From assembly GCA_043780835.1 (NCBI GenBank), contig JAYWCB010000005.1:22280-86279 (forward strand): 64,000 nucleotides of DNA, written 5' to 3'. Shown here piece after piece: positions 27,335-37,266 of this stretch. Source of the stretch: Minisyncoccota bacterium. GTDB lineage: Bacteria > Patescibacteriota > Minisyncoccia > Phycocordibacterales > UBA2100. Made by a program: the position numbers and the translations under genes. Under the pieces are notes generated by a model. That model was given only the letters and a program-made list of their open reading frames with translations. It did no database searches and had not been told where the DNA came from. Position 1 is the stretch's first letter, and each line of letters opens with the position of its first letter.

Positions 27335-30300
27335 CTACAGCGCCTTCGCCTTTTCAGCAACAAAACTATCCTCACCGTTTCGTTCCGAGATCTTACCCTT
27401 GAGCATGATGCAGTTGCCGGAGACGATGAGCGCGTCGTTTTCTTTCAGCAAATTTGGGAAAATCACCACTTCGATGGAATCAGACAAATCCGATATTTTA
27501 AGAAATGCCATCTTTTCGCCTTTTTTGGTCAAAATCGTCTGCACGGTTTCTACATAGCCGGCGATTACCGTCTCCACGTTCTTTAAATGCTCCTTCGCGT
27601 GCTTGATGCTGTTTTTTGCGTTTGATAATTTTGCCGCGTGCTTGTCGAGCGGATGACCCGATACATAGAGACCGAGCAATTCTTTCTCCCATAAAAGTTT
27701 CTGATCCATTGATGCGGGCGCAGCATCCTCGAGCCGGAGTTTCGCGAGCGCAGGAGCTTCTGAGAGGCCTCCAAAGAGCGAGCCTTGATCCACAGGACGC
27801 CTCGTAAGCTCGCGGTGGAATTCCAAAAGCCGTTCAATATTTTGCATCAGCTGTCCTCGTTCCGCGTAGTCATCGAGAGCACCGCTTTGAATGAGTGATT
27901 CGAGAGACTTTTTATTAAAGCTCTTGTCGGCAATGCGCGATACGAAGTCTGATATGTCGTTAAAATGTCCGTTTTTTTCTCGCTCGGCAATAATCGTGTC
28001 AGCGACACCGGTACCGAAATTCTTAATCGAGTACAAGCCAAAGCGTATGGCGTTTTCGTCGATTACGGTAAAATTGCCCTTACTTTCGTTGACCGACGGC
28101 GGAGAAATGGAGATGCCCATTCGCTTACACTCGTTGATGACCTCGGAAATTTTTTCCACGTCGCCGGCGTCGGCGGTGAGGACCGCGGCCATGTAATCCA
28201 CGGGAAAATTGGCTTTCATATAGGCCGTTTTATATGCGAGGTTACCGTAGCTCGCCGCGTGCGCTTTATTGAATCCGTATGCGGCAAACGTTTCAATTTG
28301 TTCCCACAATGTTTGTACCACCGCAGGTTTCATGCCGCGCTCGATGCAGCCGCCGGTAAACTTTTCTTTCTGAGCGGCCATTTCCGCCGGCACTTTTTTG
28401 CCCATAGCCTTTCGGAATTTGTCGGCATCAAGCCAGCTGTATCCCGCAAGATCGATGGCGATTTGTAGCACGTCGTCTTGATAGGTGATCACACCGTACG
28501 AATTTTTAAGAATTGCTTCCATCCGCGGATCGAGATAGGTGACGAGTGCAGGGTTCTTTTTGCGTTCAATATATTGCGGAATGAAATTCATCGGACCGGG
28601 GCGATAGAGTGCAACCATCGCGTTGATGTCGTGAATTACCGACGGTTTCAGATCGACGAGGTAGTTCGTCATACCACCGCCTGCAAGCTGGAAGACTCCG
28701 AGCGTTTCGCCGCGCGCAAGCATTTCGTATGTTTTTTTATCGTCGAGCGGGAAATTATCGATATCGATTTCTTTGCCGAGTCGCTCGTGAACGCGCTGAA
28801 TAGAATCGGCAAGAATGGTGAGGTTGGTAAGGCCAAGGAAGTCGAATTTCAAAAGTCCGGCGTCCTCTACGGCATGCATGTCGTACTGCGTGATTTTTTT
28901 GCCGCCTTTAGGGTCGGGTTGGATGGGCACGAAATCTGTTACCGGAGTCGGTGCTATCACCACGCCCGCGGCATGTACACCCACGTGTCGCGCGTTGCCT
29001 TCTACTTTCTTTGCTAAATCCAAGACCTCGCGGGCATCCTGGTCGCGTTTATAGAGTTCAAGCAGTTCGGGTACCTCATCGAGTGATCCTTGAATCGTTA
29101 CCGGAAATCCTTGTTTACCGAATGGAATCAGTTTCGCGATCGCATCACCCAACGCGTACGGATGGCCCAGTGCGCGCGATACATCGCGCACTGCTGCTCG
29201 TGCCATCATCGTGCCAAACGTGCCGATCTGCGCCACGTGGTCGTCGCCGTATTTGGTGCGCACGTAATCGATCATGTCGTCGCGACGATTGTCTGCGTAA
29301 TCCATGTCGATATCCGGCGCGGATGGGCGCTCAGGATTTAAGAATCGTTCAAAGGGAAGTCCGTACTCCAACGGATTCACATTCGTGATCCCGGCAAGGT
29401 ATGTGACGAGCGATCCTGCTACTGATCCGCGAATGTTGGTCAAAATTCCCTGTTCCTTTGCGTGATGAAGTAGATCGGAGACCACGAGAAAGTACGGAGA
29501 ATATCCTTTTTTGGCGATGACGCCGAGTTCGTATTCGAGTCGTGTAAGGGTGGTGTCGTTTTGTTCCAATCCGCGGCGCGCGAATCCTGAAAAGGCGAGC
29601 TTGCGCAATTCGTCGTCGGCATTCTGTCCTTTTTCAAGCAAGAAATCAGGAAATACCCAGGTTCCCAGCTTGAGTTCAATCGAGCACATTTCGGCGATTT
29701 TGACGGTATTTTCGAGCGCCTCAGGCAAATCTTTGAAAAGAGAGATGGCCTTTTCCTTCGATATGAAAGAAAAATCATTGGACGTGCCTTCGAAGTCTCG
29801 ATTCAGGGTGCCGCCGGAGCGGATCTTTGTTACGAGCTCGCGTGCGATCGCGTCTTCTGGTTTTAAATAGTAGGTGTCGTGCGCGGCAACGAGCGGAATA
29901 TCTGCGGCACGGGCGTATTCGATTATCTTCTGCATCCGTTCTTCATGGCCTTCAATTTCGTGATGGCGCGTGATTTCTACGAAGCAATCGTCGCCGAATT
30001 GTTTTTTATACCAATCGAGTGATTCGCGCGCGCGATCGTCGACACCGTCTTTGAGTGCTTTTGCATGCTCGCCACCGAACGACGGTAAAATCGCCACGAG
30101 TCCTTCTTTATATTCTTGAATGAGTTCGCGATCGAGGCGGGGACGATAGTAAAAACCTTCTATGTATGCGCGCGATACGACTTGCAACAAATTTCGATAA
30201 CCCGTCATGTTTTTGGCAAGCAGTACCAATCGCGAGGTTTTGTCATCGATGCGGTGCTCCTTGTCGTGACGGGTGCGGGGCGCAACGAAAAAGTCCACGC

Positions 30301-30499
30301 CGATGATCGGTTTGATGCCTGCGGCTTTGCATTCTTTGTAAAATTCGATCGCCGCATACATGTTGCCTGCGTCGGTGAGTGCCAGCGCTGTTTGACCGTC
30401 GGCTTTTGCAGCTGCGACAAGATCTTCTATTTTAGGCAACGCTTCCAGGAGCGAATAGTGCGAGTGATTGTGTAAATGGACAAAATCCGCACGCGACAT
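27335..30499 (-). CDS. dnaE: DNA polymerase III alpha subunit
   Basis: PHP VHLHNHSHYS, RGSVAGS, PDIDMD, HAAGVVI, KFDFLGL, YGFNKAHA, C-terminal OB fold. Confidence 0.97.
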   Translation of the reverse strand: MSRADFVHLHNHSHYSLLEALPKIEDLVAAAKADGQTALALTDAGNMYAAIEFYKECKAAGIKPIIGVDFFVAPRTRHDKEHRIDDKTSRLVLLAKNMTGYRNLLQVVSRAYIEGFYYRPRLDRELIQEYKEGLVAILPSFGGEHAKALKDGVDDRARESLDWYKKQFGDDCFVEITRHHEIEGHEERMQKIIEYARAADIPLVAAHDTYYLKPEDAIARELVTKIRSGGTLNRDFEGTSNDFSFISKEKAISLFKDLPEALENTVKIAEMCSIELKLGTWVFPDFLLEKGQNADDELRKLAFSGFARRGLEQNDTTLTRLEYELGVIAKKGYSPYFLVVSDLLHHAKEQGILTNIRGSVAGSLVTYLAGITNVNPLEYGLPFERFLNPERPSAPDIDMDYADNRRDDMIDYVRTKYGDDHVAQIGTFGTMMARAAVRDVSRALGHPYALGDAIAKLIPFGKQGFPVTIQGSLDEVPELLELYKRDQDAREVLDLAKKVEGNARHVGVHAAGVVIAPTPVTDFVPIQPDPKGGKKITQYDMHAVEDAGLLKFDFLGLTNLTILADSIQRVHERLGKEIDIDNFPLDDKKTYEMLARGETLGVFQLAGGGMTNYLVDLKPSVIHDINAMVALYRPGPMNFIPQYIERKKNPALVTYLDPRMEAILKNSYGVITYQDDVLQIAIDLAGYSWLDADKFRKAMGKKVPAEMAAQKEKFTGGCIERGMKPAVVQTLWEQIETFAAYGFNKAHAASYGNLAYKTAYMKANFPVDYMAAVLTADAGDVEKISEVINECKRMGISISPPSVNESKGNFTVIDENAIRFGLYSIKNFGTGVADTIIAEREKNGHFNDISDFVSRIADKSFNKKSLESLIQSGALDDYAERGQLMQNIERLLEFHRELTRRPVDQGSLFGGLSEAPALAKLRLEDAAPASMDQKLLWEKELLGLYVSGHPLDKHAAKLSNAKNSIKHAKEHLKNVETVIAGYVETVQTILTKKGEKMAFLKISDLSDSIEVVIFPNLLKENDALIVSGNCIMLKGKISERNGEDSFVAEKAKAL

Positions 30500-30702
30500 G
30501 GACTGAGTATACCCCGCGAGATATTCCGCTGGATTTGGATCAAAAGTCAGACCGTAATGTCGTTGGCGTGTCTAGTTGTGAAAGAGTGTATATAGCACGT
30601 TTTTGTTATGGCGGTAGGTCATTGACTCTTAGGAGGAGTCGTCTTAGAGTGGTGGCGGTATCGAACTCCATCCTATATTTTTAAAAAACGAGGGAGGATG
30701 CA

Positions 30703-30858
30703 ATGGTGGATCGAATAGTGCGTGCGAAAAAGCTGGCAGTTTACAAATGTGCCGCTGTCGGCGGCATGATTGGCGGCATCATCTTTGCCGTGTGTCTCAT
30801 TTTCGGCGGTCTCGTGATGGTCGTTATTGCCGGTGTAGGCTCACGATTACACGCATGA
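30703..30858 (+). CDS. 51-aa membrane micro-protein, absent from the ORF track
   Basis: TTGACT-17-TAGAGT (30622-30650), GGGAGG RBS, MVDRIVRAKKLAVYKCAAVGGMIGGIIFAVCLIFGGLVMVVIAGVGSRLHA*. Confidence 0.6.
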   Translation: MVDRIVRAKKLAVYKCAAVGGMIGGIIFAVCLIFGGLVMVVIAGVGSRLHA

Positions 30859-30925
30859 AGATTTTGCTGAGATATGCACTTTTGAGGACCGCGCGTTGCG
30901 CGGTCCTTTGTTATTATTATGCGTA

Positions 30926-31561
30926 ATGAGATACGTCATCGGTATCGACGAAGCGGGTCGCGGCGCACTTGCCGGTCCTGTTTGCGTCGGAGCCGTTTTG
31001 ATGCCGCTTGATTTGGACTGGCGCATTGCATACGCACTGGTAACCACTCGTGGCGAACCGCGCCTTCGGGATTCCAAACAGCTCTCAGCCCAACAGCGTG
31101 AGATTCTGTACGAATATATCGTCACGCACGGCCGCTTGAAACACGCGGCTGCATTCGTAGATGCGCCGGTTATCGATTCCATCGGGATCGTAAATGCTGC
31201 TCATGAGGCGGCAGCCGTTGCGCTCACTCGCATCGGTGTGAGTGCGGATAAGGTGGAAGTGCTGCTCGACGCGGGCTTACGCGTGCCCGAATTGTGGCAG
31301 CAGCGCTCGTTTGTACGGGGCGACGAAAATGTGCCCGCGATCGCGCTCGCGTCGGTTATTGCAAAAGTCACACGGGACAGGCTTATGGAAAGTCTTCCGG
31401 AGAACTTTTCGCCCTATAAATTCAGCGAACACAAGGGCTACGGGACGCTCGCACATCGCAAGGCAATAGCAAAATCCGGGCTCTCTGTGTTGCATCGAGC
31501 AACGTTCTGTACACGGCTCTCGCACGCCGGAAACCGCTCCGAAGCCCTTTCAGAGGAGTAA
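30926..31561 (+). CDS. rnhB: ribonuclease HII
   Basis: GIDEAGRGALAGPV, DSKQL, ASVIAKVTRD, HKGYGT. Confidence 0.95.
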   Translation: MRYVIGIDEAGRGALAGPVCVGAVLMPLDLDWRIAYALVTTRGEPRLRDSKQLSAQQREILYEYIVTHGRLKHAAAFVDAPVIDSIGIVNAAHEAAAVALTRIGVSADKVEVLLDAGLRVPELWQQRSFVRGDENVPAIALASVIAKVTRDRLMESLPENFSPYKFSEHKGYGTLAHRKAIAKSGLSVLHRATFCTRLSHAGNRSEALSEE

Positions 31562-31621
31562 GGGCTGCCGCAACTGCGTGGCGTTGCAAAAAGGCTTACA
31601 ATCTGTATAATCCGCCCCAAT

Positions 31622-31891
31622 ATGGTAATCCGAATGCGTCGTAATCGTTCTCAAACCGCCCAGCGGCGTTCTCATCATGGGCTGACCAGTTCTCGCGTAA
31701 CTACCGATGCGTCCGGTAATGCGCACCTGCGCCATCGCGTGGATCCGGAAACCGGGATGTACCGAGGCAAGGTCATTATCGACGTCGTCGCCCGAGCAAA
31801 GCGCGATCAGCGACGCGCAAAGCGCAAAGACACTGAATTGCGTGCGAGCGGCCAAATTCGCGAAGACAAGCAGACCGAAGCAACCAAATAA
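31622..31891 (+). CDS. rpmF: 50S ribosomal protein L32 (Cys-less type)
   Basis: RRSHHGL...HLRHRV...GMYRGK; position upstream of nusB-rnc. Confidence 0.85.
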   Translation: MVIRMRRNRSQTAQRRSHHGLTSSRVTTDASGNAHLRHRVDPETGMYRGKVIIDVVARAKRDQRRAKRKDTELRASGQIREDKQTEATK

Positions 31892-32025
31892 CACAAAGAT
31901 AAAGAACCGTCGAGAGTCGGTTCTTTTCTTACAGAGTGCGTTCAGTCATCCACAGTTTTGCGCGCAGGTTCATCGGCAGTTTATTTTTATCGTGTACACT
32001 AGGGGAGTGTTCAGTTCCTTCGTAT

Positions 32026-32943
32026 ATGGCAAATAGGCACCTCGCACGTTCGGTCGCTCTGCAAGTGCTCTTTGAGCGCGATTCCTCGAATGGTGCGTTG
32101 TCGCTGGATGAGTGCTACGGACGATTGGCAGATTATGCCAAAGAATTCGGTGCACGCGATTCAGATATGCCGTTTATGAAGACACTTCTCCAAACCGCGA
32201 TCACAAAGCAAAAAGAAATCGATGAGGTAATCGTGCGCGCTGCGCCGGAATGGCCACTTGATAAAATCGCGGCCATCGATCGTAATATTTTGCGTATCGG
32301 ATTAACCGAGCTTTTGTACGCGGATCGAGCGCAAGTGCCCGCAAAAGTGGCAATCAATGAAGCGATAGAACTCGCGAAAGCATTCGGGAGCGCATCGTCC
32401 GGCCGTTTCGTGAATGGTGTACTCGGTGCGGTGTATGTGGAGCTCGGAGAGCCCGGAAAAAACGAAGGCAGCATGCGAAAATCTCCCGCGAATCCGGCAA
32501 AAATGCCGCTCGAGGAGCTTGCAGGGGCCGTTGTGTATGCGGAAAACGAAGGCGAGTTTTACCTCGCGTTCGTGCACGATATATTCGGCCACTGGACGAT
32601 CTCAAAGGGAAAAGTGGAACACGGTGAAGACGTCCAGCAGGGAGCCATCCGTGAACTGAAAGAAGAAATGGGTTTGGATATTGAGATCGTAGAAGAAATC
32701 GGTGTGAATGAATATATAGCCAACGACTCAAAAATCTCCGGCGGTAAAAAGAAAAAGCGCGTTACCTATTTCCTCGCGAAATCACCGTTTGTTGATATCA
32801 AACTCGGTCCCTCAGGCGGGCTCGATGATGCGCAGTGGTTTCCCCTTGCTGCGGTGGGAGATTTGAATTTCTATGACGACTCCCTTACCAAGATCGTGAT
32901 CCCGGCCATTAAGGCCCTCGCGAAAATTCGCGCGCAGAAGTAG
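32026..32943 (+). CDS. nusB: transcription antitermination factor NusB fused to a C-terminal Nudix hydrolase
   Basis: MANRHLAR, IDRNILR, VAINEAIELAK, FVNGVL; Nudix box GKVEHGEDVQQGAIRELKEEMG. Confidence 0.9.
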   Translation: MANRHLARSVALQVLFERDSSNGALSLDECYGRLADYAKEFGARDSDMPFMKTLLQTAITKQKEIDEVIVRAAPEWPLDKIAAIDRNILRIGLTELLYADRAQVPAKVAINEAIELAKAFGSASSGRFVNGVLGAVYVELGEPGKNEGSMRKSPANPAKMPLEELAGAVVYAENEGEFYLAFVHDIFGHWTISKGKVEHGEDVQQGAIRELKEEMGLDIEIVEEIGVNEYIANDSKISGGKKKKRVTYFLAKSPFVDIKLGPSGGLDDAQWFPLAAVGDLNFYDDSLTKIVIPAIKALAKIRAQK

Positions 32944-32949
32944 GTACGT

Positions 32950-33636
32950 ATGGATTTCGCACCGTTTGAGGCGAAGATCGGATATACATTTCGCAAGCGT
33001 GAGCTCTTGGAGCAGGCGTTTACACATCGTTCGTATTTGAACGAGCATCGAGGATCCGGTCGTGAACACAACGAACGGCTCGAATTTTTGGGCGACGCAA
33101 TTCTTGAACTTGTCGTAACGGAATTTTTATATAACAAGTATCCCGATAAACCCGAAGGCGAGTTGACTGCCTTTCGCGCAGCACTTGTAAACACGGTATC
33201 GATTGCTGCTGCAGCCCAAGTACTCGGCATGAATGACTACTTACTGTTGAGTCGGGGCGAATCGCGTGACATGGGTCGTGCGCGACAAATCATTCTTGCC
33301 AATGCGTTCGAGGCGCTCATCGGCGCAATTCACTTAGATGCAGGCTACCCGGCGTCGCGCGATTTTATATCCAAGCAATTATTTCATAAAGCCGATGCGG
33401 TCGTAGAACACCGTCTGTGGCAGGACGCGAAAAGCAAGCTGCAGGAGTTATCACAAGAAAAACTCGGATTTACTCCTGTGTATGAAGTGGTAAGTCAGTC
33501 CGGTCCTGACCACGACAAAGTATTTCTGACCGGTGTGCGGTTGGGAAGCGAACGCGTAGCGACCGGTGAAGGCCGATCAAAACAAGAATCAGAACAAGCG
33601 GCGGCGGTGAAGGCGATTGTGGCGAAGGGATGGTAG
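32950..33636 (+). CDS. rnc: ribonuclease III
   Basis: AFTHRS, NERLEFLGDAIL, C-terminal dsRBD (GPDHDK...GRSKQESEQ). Confidence 0.97.
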   Translation: MDFAPFEAKIGYTFRKRELLEQAFTHRSYLNEHRGSGREHNERLEFLGDAILELVVTEFLYNKYPDKPEGELTAFRAALVNTVSIAAAAQVLGMNDYLLLSRGESRDMGRARQIILANAFEALIGAIHLDAGYPASRDFISKQLFHKADAVVEHRLWQDAKSKLQELSQEKLGFTPVYEVVSQSGPDHDKVFLTGVRLGSERVATGEGRSKQESEQAAAVKAIVAKGW

Positions 33637-33644
33637 GGCGCTAC

Positions 33645-33742
33645 GGGACACGTGGCCTTTTTGGGTACGAAATTTTCTTGGTAGAAAATTTTTCCATGTT
33701 CACGCCGTCGCGTTCACAAGCCCCAAAAAGGCCGCGTGTCCC
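33645..33742. repeat. long inverted repeat (21-bp arms) enclosing an inner hairpin
   Basis: GGGACACGTGGCCTTTTTGGG / CCCAAAAAGGCCGCGTGTCCC; inner GAAATTTTCT-TGGT-AGAAAATTT. Confidence 0.8.
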
Positions 33743-33900
33743 TACGCTTGATTGAGGAGAGAAAAATTTCTCCATTCTCGGTCCGTCGACCTCGAAAGCC
33801 TCCAAATCGGCACGTATCCCTCCGCTGGGTTGTGTAGGTGCGGAAGAGATGGCAGAGTAGCGGAAGTTTAGTGATAGTTAACCGGAAACAGGAGAAAAGA

Positions 33901-34275
33901 ATGCGCGAATCGATACCGTTGCTCAACATCGGCGGCACCCGCATTGCTCGGATCGGCAGTACGCCGTGCTTCATGCAAGACGTCTCAATCGGACGCGAAT
34001 TCGCGGCCGACGGCCGTCTCTATCAGCTCATGATGTCGCAGACAAAATTTAGTGCCGTGCAGATGCTGAGTCGATTTCGTAAGGACGGCAAGTGGTACAT
34101 GCGCATGGACGAAAAAAGTGCGAAACTTCTTGATCCGAATATGCCGCTTGCGGATACATGTCAGATCCAAATCATTCTGGACGCGACTCAAAAAGTTGAA
34201 GCGCTCGACATCATCTATCGCGGCCGCGACGAACGCGCTCCAGCGCCGAATGTCAGTAAGATTGCACGTGCTTAA
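33901..34275 (+). CDS. hypothetical protein
   Basis: AGGAG RBS before ATG 33901; terminator-like hairpin at about 34283-34317. Confidence 0.65.
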   Translation: MRESIPLLNIGGTRIARIGSTPCFMQDVSIGREFAADGRLYQLMMSQTKFSAVQMLSRFRKDGKWYMRMDEKSAKLLDPNMPLADTCQIQIILDATQKVEALDIIYRGRDERAPAPNVSKIARA

Positions 34276-34331
34276 AACAATACACCCGTGGGTCTCGGCC
34301 CGCGGGTGCGCTTTTTTGATACAATAATTGC

Positions 34332-36539
34332 GTGTATTTGAAATCGATCGAGCTGGCAGGGTTTAAATCGTTCGGAAAAAAGTCCGAACTGGTTTTTACA
34401 TCGACTATTGCCTCGATTGTTGGTCCGAACGGCTCAGGCAAATCCAATGTGGCAGAAGCGTTTCGCTTTGTCCTCGGCGAGCAGTCAATGAAAAGCATGC
34501 GCTCGAAAAAGGGTGAGGATCTCATTTGGGGCGGCTCACCAACATTGGGTCGCGCAAACCGCGCCGGAGTAAAAGTTATTTTTGATAATTCCACGCGATT
34601 GCTCGATATCGATTTCAACGAGGTCGTGCTCGAGCGAATCGTGTATCGAGACGGCCAGAACGAGTACCTGATGAACGGTACTGCGGTGCGCTTGAAAGAC
34701 GTTATTCGCCTGCTCGCGGGTGCGAACATTGGCGGATCGGGATACCAGATTATTTCGCAGGGCGAAGCGGATCGAATTTTAAATGCGTCGCCCAAAGAAC
34801 GTCGCGAAATGGTGGAAGATGCGCTCGGCCTGAAACTGTACCAACACAAGAAAGCCGAGTCCGAACGCAAGCTCGATGAAACCGGTATAAATATTGATAA
34901 GACCAAATCGCTACGTCGCGAAATTGCACCGCATTTGAATTTCTTACGTTTGCAGGTGGAAAAGATCGAAAAGGCACGGGAAATGAAGGAAGATTTAGCC
35001 GCAAAGTTGGCCGATTATCTCTCACGGGAGTACGCGTATCTTACTCAAGAAGATGCACGGCTTCTGGATGACGCACGAGCGCACGAGCATGAATTAAAAA
35101 CGCTTACCGAGCGTCTACGTGAAGCGGGGACTAAATCGGGGCGCGGCGGGGATGTAGCTTCGCAGGAATTACAGGCTCGTGTGAGCGAGTTACAGTCGCG
35201 ACTTTCTGAGACACGCCGTCGAAGAGAAGAGATTGCGCGCGAACTTGGTCGTGCCGAGGGCACACTTGAAGCGACAAATGTAACGGTAGAAGCAATTGTG
35301 CCGGTTCCGCATGTGCGGCAATTTGTGCATGAGGTCGATGATACGCTCTCCAATGCAGAACGAGCGGGTGATGTATCGGCTATGCGCGAGCTTGTATCAA
35401 ATGTGCGCGGACGAATTCGGGCGTTTGTTGACGGGCTCGCGGGAACTGCTCCGGAAACAAACAAAGAAGTGCAGCAACAGGTGGAGCGCCTCACCGTACA
35501 ATTGAAAGACATTGAAGCCGAAGAGGCGCGTCTTGCGACAGACATTGAAATGGCGCGCGCCGGCATTGCACAAAGCCGCGAAGCATCATTTGCCGCAGAG
35601 CGGGAATCGGTTGAATTGCAGTCGCAAGTGCGTGAGGTACGCACGATGCTCGATTCCGCCAACGCCGCACGCTCACAGCTCGCACACGTGCGGCAGCGGT
35701 TCGAAGAAGAGGTGCGTGAAGGCATTGCACTCATTGGTGCGGCGGTCCACGCGTGGGACAAAAATGAAATTCCTGAAGGCGCGCTTTCCGAAGACCGATC
35801 CATACAGGAAAAGCGCCGTCGCGATGTGGAGCGACTCAAGATAAAAATCGAAGAGAGCGGTATCGGCAACGGCGACGCCATCGTCAAAGAATTTACACAT
35901 ACAAAGGAGCGAGATGAATTTTTGACTCGCGAACTCATTGATTTGGAAAAGTCTGAGCACTCGTTGCGCGACATCATCGCCGATCTGGAGAAAACCATCG
36001 ACCTACGCTTCAACGAAGGCCTGAAAGACATCAACGTGGCTCTGAACTCCTTCTTCGCAAAGCTCTTCAACGGCGGGGAAGCGAAGTTTATGGTCGAGCA
36101 GTCCCGCCGCGCATCAAGGCGACGCCTTGATGCAGAGGATGACGACGGGTTGGAGGAAAGCCTCCTGGAAGACGAGGAGTTATATGCGGGACTCACTGTA
36201 GCGGTGCATTTGCCGCGCAAAAAAGTGCATGGCCTCGAAGTCCTTTCCGGGGGCGAGCGGGCACTGACTTCGATTGCAATGATTTTTGCGATGTCACAGG
36301 TGAATCCCCCGCCTTTTTTGATTTTAGACGAAACCGACGCCGCACTCGACGAGGCAAATTCCAAGCGCTACGCCGATATGATCCGCGAGCTCGGCGCAAA
36401 GTCACAGCTTATTGTGATCACCCACAATCGCGCCACGATGGCAGCAGCAGGGGAATTGTATGGCGTGACTATGGGAAGTGACGGTGTGTCCAAACTTTTG
36501 TCTGTGAAATTCGAAGAGGCTACCAAGGTAGCAAAGTAG
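34332..36539 (+). CDS. smc: SMC-family chromosome segregation ATPase (short, 735 aa)
   Basis: GFKSF, GPNGSGKSN, IISQG, LSGGE, ILDETDAALD, VITH, GVTM. Confidence 0.9.
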   Translation: MYLKSIELAGFKSFGKKSELVFTSTIASIVGPNGSGKSNVAEAFRFVLGEQSMKSMRSKKGEDLIWGGSPTLGRANRAGVKVIFDNSTRLLDIDFNEVVLERIVYRDGQNEYLMNGTAVRLKDVIRLLAGANIGGSGYQIISQGEADRILNASPKERREMVEDALGLKLYQHKKAESERKLDETGINIDKTKSLRREIAPHLNFLRLQVEKIEKAREMKEDLAAKLADYLSREYAYLTQEDARLLDDARAHEHELKTLTERLREAGTKSGRGGDVASQELQARVSELQSRLSETRRRREEIARELGRAEGTLEATNVTVEAIVPVPHVRQFVHEVDDTLSNAERAGDVSAMRELVSNVRGRIRAFVDGLAGTAPETNKEVQQQVERLTVQLKDIEAEEARLATDIEMARAGIAQSREASFAAERESVELQSQVREVRTMLDSANAARSQLAHVRQRFEEEVREGIALIGAAVHAWDKNEIPEGALSEDRSIQEKRRRDVERLKIKIEESGIGNGDAIVKEFTHTKERDEFLTRELIDLEKSEHSLRDIIADLEKTIDLRFNEGLKDINVALNSFFAKLFNGGEAKFMVEQSRRASRRRLDAEDDDGLEESLLEDEELYAGLTVAVHLPRKKVHGLEVLSGGERALTSIAMIFAMSQVNPPPFLILDETDAALDEANSKRYADMIRELGAKSQLIVITHNRATMAAAGELYGVTMGSDGVSKLLSVKFEEATKVAK

Positions 36540-36875
36540 CCTCAAGTTCGCTGTGGCGCATTTCTTCACGAGGCGCATTTTGTCGGGATGATGCTCCTAA
36601 AGAGAGGAGTGAAACAAGGAGTGGAATCGTTTCTATTCGTTGAAGACGTTTTTCTTTCATAATATGATCGAAGAAAACTATGCGTAATCATAATAGAAGA
36701 CAGATGAATACATCATGAATCGGTCATACAGTCGGGCTTGAATACCTGCAGCTTTCAAAAAGAGACATGTCGAGTATCGTGCGAAAATATTAACTGGTTG
36801 TTGCAGGAGTGGAAACAATAAAAAAGGACCGGTCGAATGTTTTCGTACCGGTCCCGTTGGTAGTAGTGCCAAGGA

Positions 36876-37151
36876 TCAATTGCACTTTTCTGCATGTGCT
36901 TCCTCCGTCCCTACGTCGAGTTCCACTATATCTTTCTCGTCGATAACGCGTCGAACGACAGCTTTCAGCTCCTCCTTACTGCAGCATGTATGCAGAGATA
37001 CGAGCACCACAGTGAGTACGCTCTCCTCTGTGCACATGGAGTTGTAGACATCGCCCACACTATCGAGCGCATCACAGATACGTCGATATTGTTCGTGCGG
37101 GAAGGTACCACGCAATGTTACGCTTGCCTTAAGCTTGTTCACGAAGACCAC
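36876..37151 (-). CDS. small hypothetical protein
   Basis: AAAGGAGG RBS before GTG; hairpin at about 36826-36856 downstream. Confidence 0.6.
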   Translation of the reverse strand: MVFVNKLKASVTLRGTFPHEQYRRICDALDSVGDVYNSMCTEESVLTVVLVSLHTCCSKEELKAVVRRVIDEKDIVELDVGTEEAHAEKCN

Positions 37152-37266
37152 CTCCTTTCACAACTTTCACTTAATCATGAATACATTGTGATGTATATGA
37201 AGACGGTACGAGCGGCAGATTTGACCACAATTTGACGGTCGGTGACAACTTTGTTAGAGTCTCGCC

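Noticed and set aside
35045-36364. 439-aa antisense ORF, and similar shadow ORFs (10377-11258, 20085-20915, 14948-15631, 46247-46858)
   Set aside because: They lie opposite well-supported genes, have Ser/Arg- or Pro-rich shadow composition and lack start signals
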